Positions 27,808-37,993 of a stretch of 59,099 nt of DNA are shown here, one piece after another. Every line of letters starts with the position of its first letter. Position 1 is the first letter of the stretch. Under the pieces are notes generated by a model, which saw only the letters and a program-made list of their open reading frames with translations, had not been told where the DNA came from and searched no databases. The position numbers were made by a program, and so were the translations under genes. The stretch is from Candidatus Nomurabacteria bacterium (GTDB lineage: Bacteria; Patescibacteriota; Minisyncoccia; Phycocordibacterales; UBA9973). The stretch covers positions 1-59,099 of the forward strand of contig CALQYS010000004.1 of assembly GCA_943348755.1 (NCBI GenBank), written 5' to 3'.

Positions 27808-30270
27808 ATGTCTAAGGACCTAAAAATGCTTGTTTTGCTTGATGCCCACGCTATAATTCACCGTGCATATCATGCTTTGCCAGAGTTTTTGTCATCCAAG
27901 GGGGAGCCGACAGGAGCCCTCTATGGCCTTTCCTCTATGATTATGAAGATAGTGACTGATTTAAAGCCAGACTATATCGTGGCTTGTTACGATTTGCCCG
28001 GAAAAACATTTCGACATGTCGCTTATGATGCTTACAAAGCGGGCAGAGCGAAAGCAGATGATGCGCTGATCACACAATTAAAAAAATCTCGGGCTATTTT
28101 TGAAGCTTTTAATATTCCAATATATGACAGTACTGGTTTCGAAGCAGATGATGTACTTGGAACCATATGTGAAAAATATAAAAAAGACAGAAATCTAAAT
28201 ATTATCATTGCATCGGGTGATATGGACACCATGCAGCTCGTAGATGATAAAAAGGTACAGGTGTATACCCTCAAGAAGGGGATCAATGATGTTATTTTAT
28301 ATGATGAAGACGCAGTAGTGACACGTTTCGGATTTAAACCGGTGCTTTTACCAGACTATAAAGGGCTCCGTGGCGACACTTCGGATAACATCAAGGGAAT
28401 CAAAGGCATAGGAGAAAAAACAGCTACTACTTTGATCACTACTTTTGGAACAATCGAAGAAATTTATAAAAAAATAAAAAGAGACGAGGAATCTTTTAAA
28501 AAAGCTGGCATAACTCCCAGAATTATAGAATTAATCAAAAACAATGAGGAAGAAGCGCTGTTTTCTAAGACTTTAGCCAAAATTCGCACTGACGCACCGA
28601 TTGATTTTAAAATTCCCGAAAAAACTTTCTGGGAAAATGCTGATCCGAAAAAAATAGAAAAAGTTTTTTCTTTATTTGAATTCAGGAGCTTATTTATGCG
28701 TTTGAAAAGTTTTTTTGCATTACACCAGAAGCCCCCTCAGGAGAATCCTCTCGAGGGAACCCTTGGTAGGAGCGGCGGCGACGGACAGAGAAAATTTTCG
28801 GGAGAATTTTGGAGTGGTGAGTCCGAGAGGATTCTTCCTGAGGGGGCTTCTGAAAGAAATATCGACCCCACCAAGCTCCAAGAAGCCAGCATCGCTCTCT
28901 GGCTCGTGAACTCAGATATTTCCAATCCCCAGCTAGAAGACATGTTGCTATTCGCGAGCACGGATTCTTTCGAAACTGCTTACAAATATATTTTTGAACA
29001 GCTTAAAGCAAACAAACAGACGCTGGTGTATGAAGAGATAGAACGTCCGATCATGCATATTGTCAAAGAAATGGAAGATCATGGAATATTGGTAGATAAA
29101 AAATATTTTGAAAATTTATCCAAGGAATATCATAAGGAATTAGATAAATTAACAGCCAAAATATATCAGATGGCTGGTACTGAGTTTAATATCAATTCGC
29201 CGAAGCAGATGGGGGAAGTACTTTTTGAAAAGATGGGCATGAAATCTAGTAAGAAAAAAAGCGCAAGTGGATCTTTTTCAACTAAAATTTCCGTTTTGGA
29301 AGAGCTGGAAGAAGAAAATCCAATCATAACTGAAATTATGGCTTATAGAGAATTACAGAAGTTGCTTTCCACTTATATCGACGTAATTCCTAAAATGGTC
29401 GGTCCAGATAATCGTTTACATGCCAAATTCCTGCAAAATGGCAGTACCACGGGGCGATTTTCTTCTCAGGATCCCAATTTGCAGAATCTACCCATTAAAA
29501 CAGAGCTGGGTAAAAGGATTCGCAATGGTTTTATAGCACCTAAGGGTTACAAACTTTGCGCATTTGATTATAGTCAGATCGAATTACGGGTGGTAGCCAT
29601 GCTTTCCGGAGACAAAAAAATGACGCAGATATTCCGCGAGCAGAAAGATATTCATTCAGGAGTGGCCTCCTTTGTTTTCGGTGTACCGATGGAGAAAGTA
29701 GACAGTGAAATGCGTAGACAAGCGAAAGTGATAAATTTCGGCATCATTTATGGTATGGGGGTCTCAGCTTTACGTAAAAATCTTGGCGGTACACGTGAAG
29801 AAGCACAAAAATTTTACGACAATTATTTTAATCAGTTTTCTGGAGTGAGGAGTTATCTCGAAGAAGTGAAAAGGTTTGCTCTGAAGAATTCTTTCACCGA
29901 AACACTATTTGGCAGACGTAGGTATTTCCCGAATATAAACTCCAGAATTCCATTTTTGAAAAACATGGCCGAACGTACCGCTACTAATGCGCCAGTTCAA
30001 GGTACAGCCACAGCAGATATTATTAAGCTTGCCATCAGATATGCTGAAGAGGATTTAAAACAAGCGGGGCTACTCGATAAAGTTCACCTTGTGCTTCAGA
30101 TACATGACGAATTAGTGTATGAAGTAGAAGAAAATGTTTTATCAAAAGCAGATGAAATAATCAAAAATTCCATGCGGGGTGTATTGAACAGGTCTTATTT
30201 GCATTATAAGACAGACATTCCACTCGAAGTACATGTGGGTTACGGAGACAATTTTGGAGAGGTAAAATAA
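27808..30270 (+). CDS. polA: DNA polymerase I (5'-3' exonuclease + polymerase; 3'-5' exonuclease region reduced)
   Basis: FEADD, GIKGIGEKTA, TGRFSSQDPNLQN, DYSQIELR, QIHDEL. Confidence 0.96.
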   Translation: MSKDLKMLVLLDAHAIIHRAYHALPEFLSSKGEPTGALYGLSSMIMKIVTDLKPDYIVACYDLPGKTFRHVAYDAYKAGRAKADDALITQLKKSRAIFEAFNIPIYDSTGFEADDVLGTICEKYKKDRNLNIIIASGDMDTMQLVDDKKVQVYTLKKGINDVILYDEDAVVTRFGFKPVLLPDYKGLRGDTSDNIKGIKGIGEKTATTLITTFGTIEEIYKKIKRDEESFKKAGITPRIIELIKNNEEEALFSKTLAKIRTDAPIDFKIPEKTFWENADPKKIEKVFSLFEFRSLFMRLKSFFALHQKPPQENPLEGTLGRSGGDGQRKFSGEFWSGESERILPEGASERNIDPTKLQEASIALWLVNSDISNPQLEDMLLFASTDSFETAYKYIFEQLKANKQTLVYEEIERPIMHIVKEMEDHGILVDKKYFENLSKEYHKELDKLTAKIYQMAGTEFNINSPKQMGEVLFEKMGMKSSKKKSASGSFSTKISVLEELEEENPIITEIMAYRELQKLLSTYIDVIPKMVGPDNRLHAKFLQNGSTTGRFSSQDPNLQNLPIKTELGKRIRNGFIAPKGYKLCAFDYSQIELRVVAMLSGDKKMTQIFREQKDIHSGVASFVFGVPMEKVDSEMRRQAKVINFGIIYGMGVSALRKNLGGTREEAQKFYDNYFNQFSGVRSYLEEVKRFALKNSFTETLFGRRRYFPNINSRIPFLKNMAERTATNAPVQGTATADIIKLAIRYAEEDLKQAGLLDKVHLVLQIHDELVYEVEENVLSKADEIIKNSMRGVLNRSYLHYKTDIPLEVHVGYGDNFGEVK
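28726..28852 (+). repeat. Palindromic element inserted in-frame in polA
   Basis: 17-bp perfect terminal IR CAGAAGCCCCCTCAGGA / TCCTGAGGGGGCTTCTG; core shared with 34360-34479. Confidence 0.85.
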
Positions 30271-30296
30271 TGAATTTTGTGCTAGAATGAGTAAAT

Positions 30297-30785
30297 ATGA
30301 TGTTAGATCAAGCCAAAGTCTCTATAGAAAAAGCCCCGAATCATAAACATGAGATACATCGGACCCTAGCCCACTCTTATACTTTTTACTTCACCTTTCT
30401 TCTTCTTGGAATTTTAATGGATTTTATTTTTCCAATAAAAATTTTTACTACCTCTTTTACATTACCAACGGGCTTTTTATTTTTAGTGTTGGGGACTGTC
30501 ATCATATTATGGGCACAACTTTCTTATGTAAATGTAGATAGTAAAGAGATTGCAAAAGAACATTTCTGCAAAGGGCCATATTGCTACACCAGGAATCCCA
30601 CCCATTGGGGACTTTTTCTTTCTATATTAGGATTTGGTTTAATTGCAAACGGATTTTTCATTGTTCTTTTCACAGTTTTATCACATTTACTTGCTAAATT
30701 AACTTTTATTAAGAAATATGAATCTGTAATGTTGCATCACTTTGGGGCTCCTTATGAAGAATACAAAAAATCAGTTAAGATTTAA
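30297..30785 (+). CDS. Isoprenylcysteine/phospholipid methyltransferase-family membrane protein
   Basis: GPYCYTRNP and E..M...FG..YEEYKKSV motifs. Confidence 0.75.
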   Translation: MMLDQAKVSIEKAPNHKHEIHRTLAHSYTFYFTFLLLGILMDFIFPIKIFTTSFTLPTGFLFLVLGTVIILWAQLSYVNVDSKEIAKEHFCKGPYCYTRNPTHWGLFLSILGFGLIANGFFIVLFTVLSHLLAKLTFIKKYESVMLHHFGAPYEEYKKSVKI

Positions 30786-30787
30786 AT

Positions 30788-31435
30788 ATGATTTATCTTT
30801 TTTTGGGCGATGATACTAAAAATAAACTTTTCAATTATGAAAAATTTATTAAATCTTTTCCAGCCAAGGTGGAGTCTTTTTTTATAAGCAGAAATAACTT
30901 CGACGTTACTCAAATAGAAAATTTATATTCGGGTTCCAGCCTTTTTGCTGCTTTATCGACAACGATCTTTCAAAATATTTTTGAACAGGAAGAAGCAAGA
31001 GATTTTGTTTTAGACAAATTGCCATTAATGGCCGAATCAAGCAATTCCTTCATCTTTTTAGAAGGTAAATTAAATAAACCAATACTTGATGCTTTTAAAA
31101 AGTCTGGCTCTCAAATAAACATTTTTGAACTGCCTAAGGAAAAAAAGGAGAAATTCGATAATTTTCTAGTAGCTAATGCATTTGGGCAAAAAGATAAATT
31201 AAATCTTTGGATTTATTTTCGGGAGGCCTTAGATAAGGGGGTGATGATGGAAGAACTTATCGGAGTTCTTTTTTGGAAAATCAAAGATATGATTCTAAAA
31301 AAAGATTTTCGTAAATTTTCACTTACGGAACTTCAGAATTCGATCTCTCGTCTTTCTTATCTTTTGCCGGAAGCCCGCAAAGAGGGACGAGACGCCGAGT
31401 CAGCTTTTGAGCAATTCTTATTGGAGGCTTTTTAA
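30788..31435 (+). CDS. Probable truncated DNA polymerase III delta (HolA-like) protein
   Basis: MIYLFLGDD start, SLF motif, C-terminal FEQFLL. Confidence 0.6.
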   Translation: MIYLFLGDDTKNKLFNYEKFIKSFPAKVESFFISRNNFDVTQIENLYSGSSLFAALSTTIFQNIFEQEEARDFVLDKLPLMAESSNSFIFLEGKLNKPILDAFKKSGSQINIFELPKEKKEKFDNFLVANAFGQKDKLNLWIYFREALDKGVMMEELIGVLFWKIKDMILKKDFRKFSLTELQNSISRLSYLLPEARKEGRDAESAFEQFLLEAF

Positions 31436-31442
31436 AAATTAT

Positions 31443-32078
31443 ATGAAAGAAATCACCACGATCCTTTTGGACATAGATGGGACGGTTTTAGACACTCGTG
31501 ATTTTATTATGGAGGCTGCGGAATACACCCTTCTTAAATTTGGGCACAATGTACCAACACGTTCTGTTATAGCAAAAAATGTCGGTAAAAAATTTCCAGA
31601 TTTCCACTTTGCCCTGACGGGTTCAAATAAAGATGTTGATAAATTTATCGAGGTATACCGAAATTTTCAGATTAAGAATTATCATTTATCTAAGATTTTC
31701 CCAAATTGTCTCGAGACTCTAAAAAAATTAAAGAAAAAAGGATATAAAATAGGAGCTGTTACCAGTCGTTCTAAGAAGACATCATATCAGACTCTAGCAA
31801 ATTCGGGAATTTCTGATTTTTTTGATGTAGTTATTTCTGCTGAGGATACTAAAGAGTTAAAACCTGACCCTGCGCCGCTTTTAAAAGCTCTGGAATTTCT
31901 TAAAGAGATCCCCGAAAGGGCAGTGATGATTGGCGATTCTCATTTTGATATTGAAGCAGGCAAAAATGCGGGGACAAAGACCATTCGTGCCACTTATGGT
32001 TTTCACACAGATGATCTGCATAAACCGGAGCCAGACTTTTTCATTGATGATATAAAGGATTTATTGAAGTTCTTTTAA
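31443..32078 (+). CDS. HAD-family phosphatase
   Basis: DIDGTVLDT, KPDP, MIGDSHFDI; start reassigned to ATG 31443. Confidence 0.9.
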   Translation: MKEITTILLDIDGTVLDTRDFIMEAAEYTLLKFGHNVPTRSVIAKNVGKKFPDFHFALTGSNKDVDKFIEVYRNFQIKNYHLSKIFPNCLETLKKLKKKGYKIGAVTSRSKKTSYQTLANSGISDFFDVVISAEDTKELKPDPAPLLKALEFLKEIPERAVMIGDSHFDIEAGKNAGTKTIRATYGFHTDDLHKPEPDFFIDDIKDLLKFF

Positions 32079-32145
32079 AAGATAGTTTCTAAATGTCTTG
32101 ATTTTTAGCCTTATTTCATATATATTTTAGATTCAAATCAAGCAT

Positions 32146-32218
32146 GCGCCCATAGCTCAGCTGGTAGAGCAGATCCCTTTTAAGGATAAGGTCGTTGGTT
32201 CGATTCCAACTGGGCGCA
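32146..32218 (+). tRNA. tRNA-Lys (anticodon TTT)
   Basis: GCGCCCA/TGGGCGC acceptor stem, AGCTGGTAGAGC D-arm, loop CTTTTAA, GTTCGATTC T-loop; CCA not encoded. Confidence 0.95.
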
Positions 32219-32425
32219 CAGAAAGAAAATAATCTCCCTGCGGAGATTTTTTCGTTTCTGTGCGGACCGCAGCGATGTTTTGCGAGTACGCAAAACCGCG
32301 AGGGGCGGGTTGCGAAAATCTCGAGTGACGACGAGGGATTATTTGTAGCCACACGTGCGAATCACGGGCACGACAGTGCGAGCCCGGGCCTGGGAAGGTT
32401 TCAGTAGAAAACTATTCCTGACCAC
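32219..32425. repeat. GC-rich multi-hairpin element downstream of tRNA-Lys
   Basis: AATCTCC/GGAGATT, GTTTTGCG/CGCAAAAC and CGGGC/GCCCG stems in a non-coding GC-rich stretch. Confidence 0.5.
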
Positions 32426-32524
32426 AACGTTTCCAACCACTCTTTTTAATACACCAGTTGAAAAAGAACCCCATTAGTGATATGATAATAATCATTATAA
32501 ATAATCTAAAAAATAATCAAATCT

Positions 32525-32794
32525 ATGAATGAATCTCGAGAACCCCTAAATCCAACTTTTGTTGTTCCAGCCGAACTAAAAGTAAAATGGAAGAAACTTT
32601 CGGAAGAAGGAAGAAAAAGGATATTTACCGAAACACTAATAAAACAACCTCGCAGGTCTATAATACTTCCGGAAGCTTTCATAGCTGACAAAGCTGATGA
32701 ATATAAAAATGCGCCTCTTGAAGTGTGTTATTTTGTAAGCGACCCCAATTTCCAAAAAGATCTCTGTGCTGCAGTAGAAGCCTATCCAGGCTAG
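32525..32794 (+). CDS. Hypothetical protein
   Basis: 89-aa ORF preceded by -10-like sequences. Confidence 0.55.
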   Translation: MNESREPLNPTFVVPAELKVKWKKLSEEGRKRIFTETLIKQPRRSIILPEAFIADKADEYKNAPLEVCYFVSDPNFQKDLCAAVEAYPG

Positions 32795-32888
32795 GATTCT
32801 TTATCCAACAAACAATTTTACAGTCAGAAAATATTGTTATAGTAATGCACTCTTTTCCGCACATTATTTTAAATGCTACAATTTAACG

Positions 32889-33014
32889 ATGCATCGTATT
32901 AATAAAACACTAGTTTATTTTCTAATATTTACTGTGATAAGTTCAGCATTAGCTTACCATCTTGTGGTAAAGGCCTACGATAGTGTTTTAGAGGTTGGCT
33001 ATTATGGCGAGTAA
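32889..33014 (+). CDS. 41-aa single-TM microprotein (not in the ORF track)
   Basis: MHRINKTLVYFLIFTVISSALAYHLVVKAYDSVLEVGYYGE*; TGC-TACAAT 6 nt upstream of the ATG. Confidence 0.55.
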   Translation: MHRINKTLVYFLIFTVISSALAYHLVVKAYDSVLEVGYYGE

Positions 33015-33045
33015 ACAATTTATCTATTTGTGCTAGGATGAATCA

Positions 33046-35295
33046 ATGTTAAAAAAAAGAGTGGGCAGTGTTTTTAAATTACACAAACCATGGGAGCCGA
33101 GTGGGGATCAGCCAGTAGCTATTTCGGCATTGGTGCAAGGCTTAGATAAGGGGATGGTAAAGCAAACATTACTCGGCGCTACAGGCACAGGTAAGACTTT
33201 TACCATGGCGAATGTAATCGCCGAGTACAACAAGCCGACGCTTGTAATAGCGCACAACAAAACCCTGGCCGCTCAGTTGGCCCAAGAATTTAGACTATTT
33301 TTCCCAGATGCCGCAGTACATTATTTTGTTTCATACTATGATTACTACCAGCCAGAGGCTTACATGCCGGCTTCCGATACATATATTGAAAAGGATGCTT
33401 CTATTAACAAAGAGATAGACATGCTCCGCCACGCTTCCACTCAAGCTCTGCTCACTCGGCCGGATGTCATTATCGTGGCTTCCGTCTCTTGTATTTACGG
33501 TTTAGGTTCTCCAGAAGAATATGAAAAAGTAAATTTAAAACTAGAAGTTGGGCAGAAAAGAGACCGTATGGAATTAATGAAGTCTCTCATTCAAATTCAT
33601 TTTGAACGCACAAATGCAGATTTAACTCCAGGAACTTTTCGTTCCATTGGTTCTCGAGTAGAATTTATGCCTGTTTCTGAGACGGTAATGTACCAGATAG
33701 AATTACAGGGAGGGTTAATACAAAAAATTATTAAAGTTGACCCGATATCTTCAAAAATTATTAAAGAAGAAAACAACCCACGCCAAGGCGGGGCAAGTAT
33801 TTTTATTTTTCCAGCGAAGCATTTTATTACTGAAGATGTGAAAAAGAAAAAAGCGCTAGTTGATATTAAAAAAGAGTTAGAAATACAACTAAAAAAATTT
33901 AAAAAAGAAGGAAAGCTTTTAGAAGGGGAGCGTATCAAACGCCGGACGAATTATGATTTGGCAATGATCAAAGAAGTAGGTTATTGCAACGGCATTGAAA
34001 ACTATTCACGGCACCTTTCGGGTAAAGATGAAGGTGAACCGCCAGAAACACTACTTTCATATTTTCCAAAGACTGGTTTTCTGACTATTATCGATGAATC
34101 ACATGTCACATTACCCCAGCTCCAAGGCATGTATGCCGGTGATGCTTCACGCAAAAATACCCTTGTAGAATATGGCTTCCGCCTGCCTTCAGCCAAAGAC
34201 AACCGGCCTCTAAAATATGAAGAATTCAAAGAGCGTATTGGACAGGTGGTGTATGTCAGTGCCACTCCGAGCGAACAAGAAAGAACAGAAAGCGCACAAG
34301 TCGTAGAGCAAATCATTCGCCCGACCGGGCTGGTAGATCCAGAAATTGTTTTGCGTCCGGTTTCTGCAGGACGGAATACTCTCGAGCGAACCCTTGGTAG
34401 GAGTGGCGACGACGGACAGAGAAAATTTTCAGCAGAAAATTTTCGTGGTGAGTCCGAGAGTATTTTTTCCGCAAGAAACTACAAGGGTCAAATTCAGGAT
34501 TTCATAGGAGAAACAGAAAAAACAATCAAAAAAGGTTTCCGTGTTTTGGCGACCACGCTGACCAAAAAAATGGCCGAGGACCTTTCTACTTATCTAAAGG
34601 ATAAAAAAATAAAAGCGGAGTATCTTCATAGTGATATCAAGACCATTGAAAGAATAAAAATACTTACTCAATTCCGTAAAGGGGAATTCGATGTCTTGGT
34701 GGGGGTAAACTTGCTCCGTGAGGGGTTGGATTTGCCAGAAGTCGCGCTGATTGGTATTTTAGATGCTGATAAGGCTGGCTTTTTGCGTTCTGAGACATCA
34801 CTTATCCAAACTATTGGTCGTGCTGCACGTAATAGTGAGGGACGAGTAGTACTCTATGCGGATATCATGACTAATGCTATGGATTACGCCATAAAAGAAA
34901 CGACTCGCCGCCGAAACATTCAGCTTGCCTACAATAAAAAACATGGCATCACTCCAAAAACTATTATGAAAAAGATCAAGGATATTACCGAAGAGCTGGA
35001 AAGTGAGCATGGCAAGGTGGTGAATGCAGAACTCGCTCTAGATGTTGAATTATTTAAAAAAGTTTTTGCAAAAGAGAAAAACAATAAAGGAAAAAATGAA
35101 TCGGATTCAATTAAAAATTTAATGTTGTCTGATGAGGAAAGAAATAAGGTTGTCTACGATAAAATAATAAAAATGAAAGAAAAAGAAATGAATAAAGCAG
35201 TTAAAGAGCTTGATTTTGAGACAGCGGCTATATTGAGGGATGAGATTGGGGTGCTAAAGGTCCGCTTAGAAAAGAAAGATTCAAAAGAAAAATAA
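33046..35295 (+). CDS. uvrB: Excinuclease ABC subunit B
   Basis: GATGTGKT, YYDYYQPEAY, DESH, NLLREGLDLPEV, LDFETAAILRD. Confidence 0.98.
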   Translation: MLKKRVGSVFKLHKPWEPSGDQPVAISALVQGLDKGMVKQTLLGATGTGKTFTMANVIAEYNKPTLVIAHNKTLAAQLAQEFRLFFPDAAVHYFVSYYDYYQPEAYMPASDTYIEKDASINKEIDMLRHASTQALLTRPDVIIVASVSCIYGLGSPEEYEKVNLKLEVGQKRDRMELMKSLIQIHFERTNADLTPGTFRSIGSRVEFMPVSETVMYQIELQGGLIQKIIKVDPISSKIIKEENNPRQGGASIFIFPAKHFITEDVKKKKALVDIKKELEIQLKKFKKEGKLLEGERIKRRTNYDLAMIKEVGYCNGIENYSRHLSGKDEGEPPETLLSYFPKTGFLTIIDESHVTLPQLQGMYAGDASRKNTLVEYGFRLPSAKDNRPLKYEEFKERIGQVVYVSATPSEQERTESAQVVEQIIRPTGLVDPEIVLRPVSAGRNTLERTLGRSGDDGQRKFSAENFRGESESIFSARNYKGQIQDFIGETEKTIKKGFRVLATTLTKKMAEDLSTYLKDKKIKAEYLHSDIKTIERIKILTQFRKGEFDVLVGVNLLREGLDLPEVALIGILDADKAGFLRSETSLIQTIGRAARNSEGRVVLYADIMTNAMDYAIKETTRRRNIQLAYNKKHGITPKTIMKKIKDITEELESEHGKVVNAELALDVELFKKVFAKEKNNKGKNESDSIKNLMLSDEERNKVVYDKIIKMKEKEMNKAVKELDFETAAILRDEIGVLKVRLEKKDSKEK
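33776..33793 (+). repeat. 18-bp mini-hairpin insertion, with an identical copy in ruvB (18099-18116, - strand)
   Basis: ACCCACGCCAAGGCGGGG encodes PRQGG in both genes. Confidence 0.7.
34360..34479 (+). repeat. Palindromic element inserted in-frame in uvrB
   Basis: AATACTCTCG/CGAGAGTATT stem; core GAACCCTTGGTAGGAG...GACGGACAGAGAAAATTTTC shared with the polA element. Confidence 0.85.
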
Positions 35296-35392
35296 TTAAA
35301 GACTTTTCTGATTTTTCTGCTATACTCAAATTAGTCTAATTAATATTGATATACACCCCCTAAGAGCACGGCGGGGTGTCATTGCGTTGTAT

Positions 35393-37987
35393 ATGAGTAA
35401 ATCAGAAAAAAACATAGACATAATAAGGGTAAAGGGGGCACGGACCCACAACCTAAAGAACATAAGCGTAGAAATGCCACGTAATAAGATGGTGGTTATT
35501 ACCGGCGTTTCTGGGTCCGGAAAGTCATCTCTCGCTTTCGACACTATTTTTGCCGAGGGGCAGAGACGGTATGTGGAATCCCTTTCTTCTTATGCGCGAC
35601 AATTTCTAAACCAAATGCCAAAGCCGGATGTGGATGAGATCACAGGACTTTCTCCAGCTATTTCTATCGATCAAAAGTCTCGTTCAAACAATCCGCGTTC
35701 CACAGTGGCTACAATTACAGAAATTTATGATTACTTGCGTGTCATGTACGCCCGGATTGGGCATCCACACTGTCCAACATGTGGAGAGGAGATAAAAAAG
35801 CTTTCGAATGAAGAAATTTTGAATTTTGTTCTAGAAAAAATAAATATTCTTACAAAAAATGCAAAGAATAATAAAAAAATAATGGGTGTGGAGTGGAACG
35901 ATATAGAAATAAATATATTTTCCCCGGTAGTGCGTGGGCGTAAGGGGGAATACTATCAATTACTCTATGATCTGCTCGGAAAAGGTTTCTCGCAGATACG
36001 TCTCGATGGCGTAATTAAAAAATTACGCGAACAAATAACTCTTTCAAAGAATAAAGCTCACAACATAGATATATTGGTCGACCATTTTGCTTTACATGAA
36101 TTTACGGATAACAAGGAAAGTAGCCGGACCCGACTTTCTGAAGCACTTGAACGTGCGCTGGTTGAGTCTGATGGGTTGGTTGCTATAAAAATAAGGGAAG
36201 AGGAGTTTATCATGTCAGCAAAATTTGCCTGCAAGAATGATGGTTTTTCTTTTCCAGAAGTCGAGCCTCGTTTATTTTCTTTCAATTCTCCTTATGGTGC
36301 TTGCCCTGTGTGTAATGGTTTAGGCTCAAAGTATTTCATGGGTGATGAGCCTTGCGACGCTTGTAAGGGGGCTCGGTTACGTCCTGAAGCTTTAAATGTT
36401 TTTCTGACTGATCATAATAAGAAAGTAAATATTCTAGATCTAGCCTCACTATCGATTCAAGATGCTCATGAATTTTTCAAAAATCTAAAACTTTCTGAAC
36501 AAGAAAAGGAAATATCAGTGCCAGTGGTACGGGAGATAGAAGCAAGGTTACAATTCATGCTCGACGTCGGACTTGACTATTTACAGCTTTCTCGCAAGGC
36601 AAACACTCTCTCTGGTGGAGAAGCGCAGAGAATTCGCTTGGCTTCTCAGCTTGGTTCTAGGCTTGTCGGTGCTTTGTATGTTTTGGACGAGCCTACTATC
36701 GGCCTACATCAGAGGGACAATGATCGCCTGATCAAGACATTGCAGAATTTACGTGATCTGGGAAATACAATATTGATCGTAGAACATGATGAAGACACCA
36801 TTTACGCTTCAGATTACATAGTAGACATCGGTCCAAAAGCTGGGGTGCATGGTGGGGAAGTGGTTGTAGCTGGAGATTTGTCGGATTTACTGACTGCCAA
36901 GAAAAATATGAGTGGTTCTAGGACACTTTCTTATTTGCGTGATGAGGTAAAAATAGAAGTTCCAGAAAAACGTCGTGAGGCTAAGGGTGCTCTTCGTATT
37001 GCAGGTGGAAAAGTTTTTAATATAAATAATTTGAACGTAGAAGTGCCTCTCGGGGTTATGACTTCTATTACTGGAGTGTCTGGTTCTGGTAAAAGTTCTT
37101 TTATGTATGAAATTTTGTATAAAAATCTACAGGCTCGATATGAAAGAAAGTATAGAACTGCACAAGTTTTCAACTGTTCCTCATTTACTGGTACCGAATA
37201 CCTTTCTCGAGCTATTTTGATCGACCAATCTCCAATCGGGCGAACCCCGCGTTCAAACTTGGCGACATATACTGGTGCTTTTACTCACATCCGAGACCTT
37301 TTTGCGACAACTGAGGAGGCGAGACTGCGTGGCTGGAAATCAAATAGATTCTCTTTCAATGTGAAGGGCGGACGCTGTGAGGCTTGCGAGGGAAATGGCG
37401 AAATTGCCGTGGAAATGCACTTCTTGCCGACTGTGTATGTGACTTGCGATGTTTGTAATGGTAAACGTTTTGATAAAGAGACGCTCACAGTAAAGTATAA
37501 GAAGAAAAATATTTATGAAGTACTTCGTATGACAGTAGATAATGGTTTAACTTTTTTCAAAGACATTCCAGCTATTTCTGATCGTCTTCAAACTCTTTTT
37601 GATGTGGGTCTTGGTTATCTAGAACTTGGCCAATCAGCTACTACTCTGTCTGGTGGGGAAGCTCAACGTGTAAAAATATCGAGTGAGCTGTATCGTCCGC
37701 ACTTAGAAAAAACTATTTATCTTTTAGACGAGCCGACTGTGGGCTTGCATTACGATGATGTAGCTAAACTCCTTGAAGTTCTAAACAAGCTTGTTTCTAA
37801 AGGCAACACTGTGGTTCTTATCGAGCACAACCTAGATATAGTTAAAAGCTCAGATTACATTATAGATATAGGTCCTGAAGGAGGAGTAAAAGGTGGCAAT
37901 CTGGTGGCCAAAGGCACTCCAGAAGAAGTGGCGAATAATACGAAAAGCTTTACTGGAAAGTATCTTAAAAAGGCTTTAAGAAAATAA
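35393..37987 (+). CDS. uvrA: Excinuclease ABC subunit A
   Basis: GARTHNLKN, two GVSGSGKSS, two LSGGEAQR, Zn fingers. Confidence 0.98.
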   Translation: MSKSEKNIDIIRVKGARTHNLKNISVEMPRNKMVVITGVSGSGKSSLAFDTIFAEGQRRYVESLSSYARQFLNQMPKPDVDEITGLSPAISIDQKSRSNNPRSTVATITEIYDYLRVMYARIGHPHCPTCGEEIKKLSNEEILNFVLEKINILTKNAKNNKKIMGVEWNDIEINIFSPVVRGRKGEYYQLLYDLLGKGFSQIRLDGVIKKLREQITLSKNKAHNIDILVDHFALHEFTDNKESSRTRLSEALERALVESDGLVAIKIREEEFIMSAKFACKNDGFSFPEVEPRLFSFNSPYGACPVCNGLGSKYFMGDEPCDACKGARLRPEALNVFLTDHNKKVNILDLASLSIQDAHEFFKNLKLSEQEKEISVPVVREIEARLQFMLDVGLDYLQLSRKANTLSGGEAQRIRLASQLGSRLVGALYVLDEPTIGLHQRDNDRLIKTLQNLRDLGNTILIVEHDEDTIYASDYIVDIGPKAGVHGGEVVVAGDLSDLLTAKKNMSGSRTLSYLRDEVKIEVPEKRREAKGALRIAGGKVFNINNLNVEVPLGVMTSITGVSGSGKSSFMYEILYKNLQARYERKYRTAQVFNCSSFTGTEYLSRAILIDQSPIGRTPRSNLATYTGAFTHIRDLFATTEEARLRGWKSNRFSFNVKGGRCEACEGNGEIAVEMHFLPTVYVTCDVCNGKRFDKETLTVKYKKKNIYEVLRMTVDNGLTFFKDIPAISDRLQTLFDVGLGYLELGQSATTLSGGEAQRVKISSELYRPHLEKTIYLLDEPTVGLHYDDVAKLLEVLNKLVSKGNTVVLIEHNLDIVKSSDYIIDIGPEGGVKGGNLVAKGTPEEVANNTKSFTGKYLKKALRK

Positions 37988-37993
37988 AAAATT

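Noticed and set aside
32116..32407. Three short ORFs around 32.1-32.4 kb
   Set aside because: They overlap tRNA-Lys and its downstream palindromic element
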